Shown one piece after another: positions 25,924 through 38,100 of a DNA stretch of 64,000 nucleotides. A program made the translations under genes and the position numbers. The notes under the pieces were generated by a model. The model was not told the DNA's origin. It saw nothing but the letters and a program-made list of their open reading frames with translations, and searched no databases. Source of the DNA: Tubulanus polymorphus (taxonomy: Eukaryota; Animalia; Nemertea); contig NC_134032.1 of NCBI RefSeq assembly GCF_964204645.1, positions 7,428,275 through 7,492,274 of the forward strand, given 5' to 3'. The stretch's first letter is position 1. Every line of letters begins with the position of its first letter.

Positions 25924-27562
25924 GCTTATTAAAGATCCAGATAAAGCTGTTTAGCGCAGCGATGGCGGTGGCCTACATTTTCATCGGAGGGAAAAATTGT
26001 CATCGAAGGTCTAGCAAAATCTCACAGGGAAACCGCCCCCGGTGAATCATCGTAGATGTTTTTTATGAGATTTGATGCGTATTCCGCGAGTTGTAACTAG
26101 AGTAGCATCCCTGGCATGAATTCTATCTCATTCATAACGCAAGGATTCTGCAACCTACTTCAATGCCTACTCCGGGCGCAAAAACTACACAGCCAACTGG
26201 TTTATTTTACCCAGTTACATATACATCAATATTTTATCTCTAATGTGTTCGAATGAAAATTATGTAGTAAGTTGTGTCACAAACTACGTAGTTCGCGGAT
26301 TTATTTCTACCGAAATCTTCGCAATTACAAATTGAATCTAATCTAATTACTTCTCCCCCTGCACCTAAAACTTACATCTAGAATTAGTTTAATGTCACAT
26401 GTTTTTTTTGTGTAACTTGTAAATGTTAATGTTTCTAGTAAGCCTTGTTAGGCTGGCTTGTTCACAAGCGCGATGACACCTTAATAAACAATTCTTTACC
26501 AAAGCTTATTCTTGAGTACTCCTTTATGTTTTAACGTTGCTCTAGAATCCGTCTCTATTTCGTGCATCATACTTCGTAAGTAAAAGAGAATAATTTCATG
26601 TGGAATGATGGCAATTTATTATTATCATTATCATCATTTTATGCTTTACGCTCTTGTTTCGCTGTCAATGGCTACACAACACTGCGTAGAAATTTAGCGT
26701 AGAAATTATGCTAGAAATTCGTCATATTTTACGCAGAGAGAGATATCTTATATATAAACATGTAACACCAGCTTCTGAATGAGTAACATGTGGTAAAAAT
26801 ATGAGCGTTTAGTATGAAAGACTATTTTACAAGATGCACCGCTTAACTAACTACAGATAATCTTATTTTTAAACTGCCATTGAAAAATGATAGCATGCGA
26901 TTGGCAGAACAAGGAAAAACCGACTTGAGTCCTATACATACGTATAACACTTGTTCGCAGGGTCGGATCCAAGGTCCACTTCTGAACATCCAATCATTGG
27001 AAAGGCATATTTGAAGGTGCATTTGCAATCAAGGCATTGCTTGGAAATCTGTGGATGGGTTAGATGCTTTTTACAACATTTCCAAGTAGAAAACTTTCCA
27101 GCTCATCAAACCAATTTTCCATGTTAAGGCAGCTTTCTGGGCGCGTTTAAATGTCTAAATTCATAATACATGCACAGTATATTGTTTTCTTGTTGTATCA
27201 AAATTGATATCAAAATAATGACATTTCATATTATACCAACAACTGATAAAAACCGTCTACGCCTCTGGTTTACTGTTCTGGAATTAAACAATGGCTTTTC
27301 TCGTCATAATTCCCTACTTTATATTATTATTATTATTATTATTATTAGTTTATTATATCAAAAAATATAAATTTTTTTATGATATAACACAATTACATGA
27401 TAATGTATGGCGGGTAAATAATTCAAGTATATAAATGCATTGTAAGTATATAACTTCATAAATTACCGCAAATTACTTACTCACGATGAAAATTACCAAA
27501 TTAACCTTAAAATTTTCAAATAATTATTTTACTTTTAAATTTTTACGCATGTGGATTTTTAC

Positions 27563-27740
<178 letters not shown>

Positions 27741-28869
27741 TATTCCCTACGTTTACATGTGTACATATTATTTTGTGCAGAAAAGAATCCTTTACGCCCC
27801 TGTCCGCATATCTGTTGGGTGCTCAGAGGGGCTCGGGTATTATAAGATCCACATTTAAGAAACGAATTGAAAGGGAATCTATCTTTGAAAACCATCCATA
27901 GACGGGAAATGCAATCAAATGCTTTGAACACAGCGGTGCGACGCGCAAACAATCAGGGTCTAAACCAAGCGTTGACGCCGGAATCATTTGAGTAATCGCC
28001 CCGATAAAAGAGACCGGTCATTTTACAAACGACGACAATTTGGGCGGCGCAGGGATGATCCGGCCTAATTCTTTCTCGACCCCTACCCCGACTTGCTAAA
28101 GCTAACGCACAAACCACGGCCGAACAAACATGAAATTCTTTGTCGGGGGTCTCGCAAACTTTGCACCGTCATTACGACGCAATCAAATCTTCGGCCAATT
28201 CTAAAGCTCTCGAAAAAGCTTTCTTCGCGTTGTCCCCTATTATATTAGAACGGGTCTAATCAAATATACACGATTGCATAGTAATGAGGCTACCCGAAAA
28301 TGACCACTATTATGTAATAGCAAACACGAGTAGAAGCGGTCACTTATTATTCATGAGATGGAATGGGATAATCGGAATTCATTTTCTTCCCAAACAGAGC
28401 GTTCGATGGCAATGACTTATTCATGAACGCCAAATGGCGAAAATATATTACGTACCGGTATTGTATACACGTGTGCTGCCAGCGAAAACTGTGACCGTGA
28501 CCTTGTCACTGGTGACCATTCACCACCAAACGATAACCTGCAGTGGTTGGAAAAATACCGACAGAGATATTTTGATGTTTTCCAAAGACTCGATTTAATT
28601 GGAAACATTGCTTTTAGACATTTGCGTGAACTTGATTTCAAATCTGTTTCATTGCACTGCGCGGCATTGCTTCTAATATAAAATGCTGTAGAGAATCCCA
28701 CAACGATTACGAATAATAAAGTAAAGTTCGAAAATGTCTCATTGAGCTAGTATAGTTAATTCGATGTTTCAACTATATCATGTCATCTTCAGGAATACTG
28801 ATTTTGTCATTCCATTATTCCATGATATCAAAACACTCCGTATTTTACAGATAGAATAAAATCCCTGCA

Positions 28870-29915
28870 TATAACTATAAGTATTTGGGTATACTCCCAT
28901 ACCGGGTCTTTTGTTCAGTGCCGAAAAGCATTAGCAAACCAAGCGCAGCGGGCTATGTTCTCTGTTTTAAAAAAGGTTAGCGAATGTTAACTCGACGTTA
29001 ATGTTAGTTTAAAGCTATGATAGCATGGTATTACCAATTCTATTATTTGGATGTGAAATTTGGGGTTACGAAAATCTCCGAGCTCTAGAGTGCGTGCAGC
29101 TGAAATTTTTTAGATATTCACTCAAGTTAAAGAAATCTACTAATAGCTCATTTGTCTATGGAGAACTTGGCCGCTTTCCTCTCGAAGTTTATGTGCAGCT
29201 CAGCAGAATTGTTAAATTTTGGGCGAAATTAGTATCTGATGATAAATTATGGTCAAAGGTTTACAGATGTGTTTATAATAGCTATATCTATATTGATGGT
29301 CAAGCTAACTCTTGGATGGATTTTGTTGAAAATATTGTGCTCCGAAATGGGCTAGGATATATTTGGGAAAATCAAAATATTCACAACGTGAATTACTTGA
29401 GTCTGATACTTAAACAGAGATTACATGATCAGTTTATGCAAGTCTGGCATGCAAAACTTACTGATTCCACTATGGCTGTTACGTATTTAACAATCAAATG
29501 CCGCTTCGAAATTGAAAAGTATTTAACTCAATTACCTCCCAGGGACCGGTTAACTTTATGTAGATTTAGATGCTCAGCTCACAGGCTACCGGTAGAAGTT
29601 GGGCGGTGGTGCAGAATTGCCCGTGTCAATAGGCTGTGCCAAAAGTGTGATTTATAGGCGGTGGGGATGAATATCTTTTTTACTCGTCTGCCCGTACTTC
29701 CAGGAATCCAGAGCTAGATACATCCCGGAGCGTTATTGGAGATTTCCCAATAACGTAAAGTTGTATAATTTGTTCAACTCAAATTGCCAAACCCTTAAAA
29801 ACTGGCGTTGTATATACGCAAATGTTTAATACATTTCTAATGTTAAATGTTGCAATGTATATTGTAAAATAATTTTGTGCTCTGTGCAATTGTATAATTG
29901 TTGAGTAAATAAACT
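28870..29915 (+). mobile_element. 5'-truncated, decayed non-LTR retrotransposon (RTE-X-like ORF2 C-terminus)
   Basis: YKYLG, LANQAQRAMFSV, PILLFGCEIWG, VYGELGRFPL, RFRCSAHRLPVEVGRW, RLCQKC, then a frameshifted GDEY..LVCPYF; AATAAA near 29908. The clade call is tentative. Confidence 0.85.
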
Positions 29916-32900
29916 AATTGTGAAAATTGTAAATTGCAACACTACCAAGAAAAATAATCTGAAATGTTTCCTGCGCTAGTAGTTTATTCAGCGATTGATC
30001 GTCTAAATCCTACAAGTCATCTTCACTGCTGTTATCTTGAATTTTCATTTCATTGTCAACTATATACATAGCCCATTTCGTAAAATAAATGTCAACAATT
30101 TAGGATGATGAATTAGGGGATATATATATTTGAATCGAGTTTTTAACATTATATTCATTTCCATGATTTGAAATTATGTATTGATATTGTATTCTCTTTG
30201 CAGCATGTTTTTTCCTGTTTCCCCCACTATTTTCATCTTCGTTGTATTGACAATCAAGCAACTTGATTATGGAATGAAACACTCAAACTTCATTCTATCG
30301 ATCAATATACGATGTTTCACACGTAGATAGTTTACCTTATTGGAGATCCTTCTGCCGAAACCAATAACACTCCAATCTAATTGAAATATCGATTAGTATT
30401 TTTTTTCCTATTGAAAATATTCTACCCGGACCCCTGATAAATAACGATTAACCTAATTGACCAACTAGGAAACGTCCGGCAACACAACGAAAGCACAACG
30501 CATGCGCCATCTAGCGGATTAAACTGCTATTGTTTTCGATTTATGCATCTGCCAATCGCGAAATAGTTATCGAGAACGTAATGTGTTCATTGTTCATCTT
30601 GCAAAGAAGCAAATCTAGTTCTTTTCATGCTAATCGGTTCGAAAATTTAGTGGGAACTATTCTCATTTCAGTTTAAAAAGCAATTCAAATGCCCACGCAA
30701 TACGGTCATTTGTTTTGTAGTTGAGCAGGCAGAAGCCCAAGTACCTGGTCTAGGCATCGTTCATTATAACCTTTCTATAACTCCGTCCTCACAATAAACG
30801 CCGGACTTCGAATCGCCTTCTGTGATTGTTGATTTACTACCCAGTTCTGTGTTACATTGCCTTTAAGCATGGCGAGAAGTGCAAAATAAAAATCATCCCA
30901 TTTTCACGGATATCATGCACTTCACGCTTAAGCAAGGTTCTTTTGGTTCGCTTTGCGGAAGAAAACAAGTCCTCGGGATTTTACCTAATTAAGCGGTGGT
31001 TTTTCGTACACTTTCGGCAGGCGCTGGATACATTTTTTGATTGAGTAAAATGATGAGTCCAAAATCTCCGAATAAATAATTCATGCATAATTATTTTTTC
31101 GAATTATAAATTCTATGATGTATTAATGTCTGCTTTTAGTTCACTTTAATTAAGATCAACATTAGAGCATACTGATACAGTTATGCTTTGATGGGTAAAA
31201 TATTCTATTTTATTACACCGGATTAATTCTCGGATTTAATTAAAATCATTCATTTATTTCTTAGGTTTTCCGAATGATTAATGAATATCTCACTATAGTT
31301 GAACCCTGAAGATTACTCAGAGCTCATCGACATTAGTTGTCTAATGTCTGTTGAGGGAGGCTGAAAATCTTGACAGAAGTTCATCGAATAAGAACTAGCT
31401 TATGATCGAGTTGTCGCATTGATGCTTACGCCATCTAGCGGGACAGCACGTACAACACGATCGAGGTCCTCATAGGTTCAGGGTCGAATTTCACAAAAAC
31501 GTCTAACTCAAATTTTTGTTTTGATAGCTACAGTGTAATTTCATGTTTTCAATGAGGACCAACATCTTTTGACCTGTCCCTTCACAAGCGCTTTTACATT
31601 GCCCAAGATCTTGCGAAGCGGCCACCAGTCTATGTATTGAGTCAATCAGATGCGTTGTCACCGGCAATTTCGCTACGCAAGCATCTCATTGGCTAGGTAT
31701 AACCTGTCCACCCAAGAAATCTCGGGCAATGTAAAAGATCAATTAAGAGTTAGCAGCCAGAGTTGTGTTGGCGTGAGCTTCGACGATAACAATCAAATAC
31801 TGGCAAGCACGATTCATGATCCCCTGAACATACAAAATGGCTGGGCTCAATGCATTTCTTTAAGGATCTAATCAATCATTAAAATGGTACTAGTCAGAAA
31901 AAAAACTGGTCTAACCGACGAAACAAGTCGCCTGTAGCGAATTGAGTAACGTCAAATGGTGAATTGAAACCGGCCTGACAGCATTTCGGTGTATCAAATA
32001 ATAATCCTGTGAACCACCATCGAAACAACTACACACACATTCGATATGTTTATGGGTGCAGGAATTTTTGCGGTTTTTTGTCGTCGTCGCGACCTCGGAG
32101 AAAGAAAATAAAACTGTCGTATTATTCATTGCCATTAAAAGACGGCCGGGGGTTATTATGACACGTAGACAACGCGTGAATGCTAGCTTCCAAGAATTTC
32201 AGCTTGTCTCGTAATAATAGCTTTTGAGTGACGTCTAGGGACGCAGCTGCATCGTCATGTTTTAAGCCCTAAAACTTAAGATCGGTCTTAAGTCGAGGAA
32301 AAATTCACCTAAGACTGGCCTTAAGGTGTTGCATGTTAGATTGGTTAAACGGCCAAAATAAGCTTAGACTGGTCTTAAGTTGTTTAAATTGGCTACAGAA
32401 CCAAGATGTGCTAAGAATCGTATTAAGTTGTTTTATTGGCTGTAACCAAAATGAGCTTAGACTGATCTTAAGTTGTTAGATTAACTAAAGAACCAAAATT
32501 TGCCAAAGCTGGTCTTAAGTCCAAGCCCTGTCTACGGAATTGGCCCCGTTAAGTCTTACCTAATATCTATGCAAACTACTAAGAACGTGACCTGTATTCT
32601 GTCAATAATGGCCATTTTGTTCACTTTCGTGAACATCCGATAAAATTGTGCCTAATTTTCAAAGAAAGTGCCCTTTTCAAATTTGGTTTCGTCCAAAATG
32701 TGCCCTTACGATGTATCGATCTTTCGACCACTCAAAAGGTAAAGCGTCTGATGATCTGCGCTTGATGGTTCGTTCGATTTGGTTTTTTTGGCGTGTCTCC
32801 TTGCTCCATCCCGTAATGCAACACTAGATCACAATTAGGCAAATCCTATGACGAAATTCAATATCAAATTTTTGTTTATTATAATCATACTTTTATTTCA

Positions 32901-34597
32901 GAGAGTGTATCTCGGACGGTGGTTTCTTCTTCACTAGAGCGACACAAATATTCAACAACAATTCACAAATTATGTTATAAATACAGTTCTTTTAACGTAA
33001 GAAAATTTCGCGACATTTTTACGTTTCTTAAAACAGAAATCTTATACATGCACAGCATATATAAATACTACAATTAATACTTAAATTATACTCAAAAGTC
33101 AAAAGAAAAAAATTGACAAACATTCATTTTTCATGTTTTATCTAAATTCTTCATTGTTTTCCAAACGCAGTACTAGAAAACAATACAATTCTTGATTTAA
33201 TGAAATTTGCGTTTCCTCGAAGTGTATTTAAAACATAGACACAAAAACGTTTAATCGAAAACATATCCCTTAATCATTTACGCTTACTTGATTTGCAAAC
33301 TTTTATAGTAAAGAATAAAAACAAAACATTCCATTATGAAAAGAAGGTAAGTTTCAAATTTAAAAAATATTTCACCGATTTTTCGATTAAAAATGGCTTT
33401 TAGAATAGACAATTTTTAAATTTGCATCTTTTATTCTTAGGCCCTACCTTCGTCGTTGTGAGACGTTTATAGAATGAAAAACGTAGGTTTTTGATAAAAT
33501 CATCGGTCCAATAATTCGGACAATCGTCAATAAGGAAATGAGAACAAAAAAATTAGAATGAAAATACATATCAAGATCTGAAATCTATTTAGAGCCTGCT
33601 CTAAGCAGTGTCGGAACTAGTGGGTGGTGTACTTGAGGGGTCTGGGACCCTACTTCCCAATGAGGTTGCCCTTTTCGCCAAGACAAAGATCATCCTTCGG
33701 AATTTGTATCTTCTAGGACGGATTTCTTCCAAATATCTTACACAGAGGATGGAATCCCACTAGTGGGCATGGCTCCTTGATCCGAGAAATGCATTTTTCT
33801 TCTGCACCTCGGCCTTTCGAATTTTCCTAGATCGGCCACCGCTAAGTACGTTAAGTAATATTAACAGATATTAAAATGATAGCGCCATCTGAAGCCAAAG
33901 GTTGCAAACCTTTGACTTTGAAGTCTGACTCGCAAGAAAATTAACCCAATGAACTGACATTTTCAATGCCTGCATTCATAGTGACTAGAAAACTAAAATA
34001 CCGATACACAGCTTACTTATTTTCATAGGTTTATAGATAGTTGACGTTATTTAGGATTAAAGGGATAAGACCCTTAATTGGTAAAAAAAGGAAAATGAAT
34101 GAATATATACCTTGATATTTAACTCAGAAAAATGTACCAAGCTAATCGGCAACGGAAACAGAACATCAAGAGTACATATAAACTTAATACGGAATTTAAA
34201 CATCCTGTATCTTACATGTATATCACGATTTATCACCATTCGTATCAGAAAATATCACAGAAGTTTCGTCGAATATGCGCATACATAACAACCTGATTAC
34301 GGAGTCATCGAACTCAAAAATGAACAAAGCATCTTAATCTTTCTATTTCAAAAAGTACAAAATTCGTATTTCAACTTCCATCGATATTTGAATTTCTTTC
34401 GTCAATTTTCCTTCCTAAATCAAGTAAGTTTTCACCAACCGTTATTTTTTTGCCTAAATAAGATCGATATGAAGATAATGTTCGCAAAATTCGGTACGAT
34501 TGTTTTTGATCGCGAAAAGAGGGATGTGTTTGTTTCGCTGGATGTTCAGACACGATTTACGCAGAGTTACCTCAGTCAAAAATGCTCATATATCTAG

Positions 34598-35000
34598 AGA
34601 CTGGCCTTAAGTTTGTTTGATTCGTTGTATTACCGAAATGAATTGGTGTGGTCTTAAACTGTTAGATTGGCTATAAAACTTAAAGGAGCTTAGACCGTTC
34701 TTTTGTTGTTAAATTGGTTAAAAAAACAAAATGAGATACTGTTACTAGCTCGGCTTCATAAGTGAATAATTTGAAACTGTAAGATTGGCTCTAGAACTAA
34801 ATGAGCTTATACTGGTCTTAAACCGATAGATTGGTTGGTCTTAAGTTGTTAGATTGGTTATTGAACCAATATGAACATAGACTTAAATTTTGACAGCTCA
34901 AAAGGGGCCGTTCTCTATGTCATGGCTTAGATTCAAGAGCAGTCTAAGGCCATCTTATTTCTATGGCCGGTCTAACAGCGCAAGGCCAGTCTTTAGATAT
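34598..35000. repeat. Array of a dispersed ~47-bp repeat family
   Basis: Unit CTTAAGTTGTTAGATTGGCTATAGAACCAAAATGAGCTTAGACTGGT. Other arrays at about 5990-6120, 19905-20095, 32270-32525, 41735-42030 and 42470-42700. Confidence 0.8.
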
Positions 35001-35142
35001 AAGACACGTTCGGATTTGAGTGACGGCTGCGCAATTGGCCTTTGGGTCTACAGCCGATTGCTGTCCACTTTCGTCAGTTTCGAATCGAAACAGAACGTTC
35101 GTATTTTCGAGTAAGGCGGATTAACGAGTCTTTAAGAAGTTT

Positions 35143-36342
35143 CTAATCTCCATCGTACACTATGTGAATAGCCGTGTCGGTTTGTCTGGGGACGGGCTCG
35201 TCGAAATCCTCGGGTAGAATTTCGGGTGCGACGATCTCGAACCCGCCTTCCTCGATACCCAACAACCATTGTATAATCCGTTCCTCCCTCTCATCGTCAG
35301 AGTCGATGCAAACATCATAATCGTCTGCCTCGCACTCTACGTCATCATCATCGACCCCGTGACCGTTTTTATCGACCGGTTGTTTCGGTACCGGTATTTC
35401 GTTGTTGTTCAATTCTCGCTTCAAAATGGCGGCGTTACTTCCGGATCGCACTATCGGTCGGCGGTTGGTCCGCGATGCCGGTCCTGCCGGCTTTTTCTGC
35501 TGCTGTAGACTCGTTGAAATGCTATTTTGGCTGGGTTTCTTACGCAACACGCTTACGCTCGTATCCTGGCGTTCGAGTCGCGCTACCCGCCCGGCTTGCG
35601 ATCCGGCATTCACTGCCACCGTAGAAGTGTTATTAGTAACTCGACTGCCAGTGATGGAACCATGCCTAGCGGTTGAATCGACGGCACCGACTCGACTAGC
35701 CCCGGTGCCGTTGGCACGCTTTATCTCACTGTTATTACGGGTGAACTTAGTCCGGGCTTTGCGGCCGATTTTGCTTAATTCGCTGTTTGAAACGCTACGT
35801 TTATTCGACATGAACGATATTTCGGTATCTGCGTCTTTCGCACCGCAACACTGGCGCCCCCTAGTATTCCTACCCGTCATATCATCCGTAGACACAAGAT
35901 TCCCTTCCGATAGAGTCTTTCCGTTCTTGTTCAGACTAGACTTCAGACCGCTACCACTAGCATCAGCCTTATTATTACTATCAGTTGTATTCGCATTATT
36001 ATTGTTTTGCTCAAATAAAGTTTCCAGTTTCGGGTTAGATATCGAAGTCCAGGCAGTTTGCTCCGTCGGACATACGGACCGGGAACGCGGCATACTGTTC
36101 TGCCCGGAACGCGATGTATGGTTACTCGTCGAAGTTGACGTGGAACCGGCGATACTTTTATTAGTCAAAACCTTACTTTTAGTAGTCCTGGGATTAGCGT
36201 CGATCGGTTGCTGGTCCAGACTTATCAAGCCTGGTCTTTCGATGGTTTTCGTCGGCACGCCATTGTAGTAAATTCGTACCGATCCTTTCGCGGTGGTCGC
36301 GACGGCGGTTGGCTGTTTAGTCGTCATATCCCGCGAACCCAT
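35143..36342 (-). CDS. Probable host gene: 399-aa Ser/Thr/Asn-rich disordered protein with acidic C-terminus, single coding exon
   Basis: Uninterrupted GC-richer ORF with an AAATGG start context. Ordered-looking C-terminal motifs EERIIQWLLGIE and QTDTAIHIVYDGD. Splice acceptor tttttcag at 36936 upstream and a long AT-rich 3' region. Confidence 0.8.
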   Translation of the reverse strand: MGSRDMTTKQPTAVATTAKGSVRIYYNGVPTKTIERPGLISLDQQPIDANPRTTKSKVLTNKSIAGSTSTSTSNHTSRSGQNSMPRSRSVCPTEQTAWTSISNPKLETLFEQNNNNANTTDSNNKADASGSGLKSSLNKNGKTLSEGNLVSTDDMTGRNTRGRQCCGAKDADTEISFMSNKRSVSNSELSKIGRKARTKFTRNNSEIKRANGTGASRVGAVDSTARHGSITGSRVTNNTSTVAVNAGSQAGRVARLERQDTSVSVLRKKPSQNSISTSLQQQKKPAGPASRTNRRPIVRSGSNAAILKRELNNNEIPVPKQPVDKNGHGVDDDDVECEADDYDVCIDSDDEREERIIQWLLGIEEGGFEIVAPEILPEDFDEPVPRQTDTAIHIVYDGD

Positions 36343-37820
36343 TTCTCAAAACCAGAAAGAACCGAATATTCTGAATATACAACTTTCAGGCTACTACAAA
36401 AAATCCATCAGATGTTAGTTTCGAAGTAATCCCGTTTTTCGATCACGCCTGCTAGTGGCCATCTTTAATCTTGTATTGCACCGTCACCGATGAAGCACGT
36501 TCCGGCATTTCTAAACCCGATCCCGTACTGTACAGAAAGCACTCCAGGTAACTGCAGATAATCCTGATTTCGAAAAAACTATTGTTACTACGGCTTCTTT
36601 CAACCCGGATGACTGATACGAGTAGGTCTGAAAATCGGCAATGATTGATTCTTCGATCGCGTGTTCTCAATCTCCGAGTTCGAATTGTTTACCCGTAAAA
36701 AAAAAAACTCAACCAGACGAGACCGAATAATTCTCTTTCTATGAGTTCGCCGGTAGTTCAATCCGTCTGTGTAGAGGGCGCTGCGCCGGTTTCGACCGCT
36801 GAATTCCGTTAATCCAATACACCGCTAATACAAATCCTTTATTATTCTTAATCCGCTAACCCAGACGTTAAATTTACACTGGAAACACTGACCAGCCGTT
36901 GAACCGGCCACTGCGCTGTGTTTGGCTGGTGAGGCCTGAAAAATAAAACGGCATTTCATTCATTATTTCATGTGCATGAAATATATAAAACATTTTAAAT
37001 TCATGGCATGCGGTCAAGTGCAAAACGCGCAGATATATTCTTTTGGCTTCGGTGAAGACATTTTTGTAGAATTGCTAATTTTATGAAGATATGACGTCAA
37101 TCTCGGACAGTGGGCAGATTACTCAATCTAGAAAAGAAAACACTTCTTTGATACATCTAGGTTCAGTTCTAGCATTTGACTTTGCACCCAGTTTCACTCT
37201 GGATCCAGTTCCGCAGTTGCGTCGGCTAAATTTAACTGCTTTTGGGTGATCCAATTCAATTCCTTGTTGTTGCAATTTGACACGAATCATTTGACGATGA
37301 ACTGATTTTGAATAATGCAAACTAACTACGGAACTGGGAACTGAACGTATATAAACAAGTAATTAGCATTGATAGACGGCGCTATTCTAAATCACACAAA
37401 CATCGGTTCAAAAAGATCGCGAATCGAAAACGAATGACAATATCAGAAATTTGACATGTAAACACTGCCATGGACTCTTCGTTTTAGAGTCGATGACAAA
37501 ACACACTTACAAGTAGACGCAGTACGGGTATCAATCAATCATACATTACGTATATCGGACGATTCAAACATATTCAAGCCATTGTGTGAACACTTTATAA
37601 AGCGGTCGCGAATTCAAGCGCCAACTATTGTGGGAAAACCGATTAGTTTTGACATCTGAATATGTATTAATGTATTTATGCTAATGTTGTGTATTTTACC
37701 TGCACCTGTTATTGCTAGAACCCACCGGCGCCCGGTGTTCGAGGCCCCAGAAAAAAATTACATATTTGATATATTCTTTTGCATATGGCGTATTTACATA
37801 TTTGATTTGATTCTATGCTT

Positions 37821-38100
37821 TCCTCGCTTGCACAAGGTTTGAATGCCTCCCGCCGAAGCTCACGCCAACACAAACCCTGGCCGCACAACCTTCAACGGTT
37901 TTACATTGCCCAAGATTTCTTGGGCGTATAGGTTGCCGCCAAGCGGCCAGCAGTCTATGTATCTAGCCAATCATATGCACAGCGAATCTGCCGGTTAAAA
38001 ACGTCGCATCTGATTGGTTTGATACATAGACAGGTGGCTGCTTACAGGGCTTTGTTAGCGCGAGCTACGATGGAAGGAATCAAACCCTGGCAAGCGAGGA
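37821..38100. mobile_element. Putative MITE
   Basis: TCCTCGCTTGC(A)CAAGGTTTGA ... TCAAACCCTGGCAAGCGAGGA inverted ends; the internal sequence recurs near 31590-31700. Confidence 0.5.

Noticed and set aside
35402-36268. 288-aa plus-strand ORF
   Set aside because: Antisense shadow of the 399-aa minus-strand gene; non-ATG start and no motifs.
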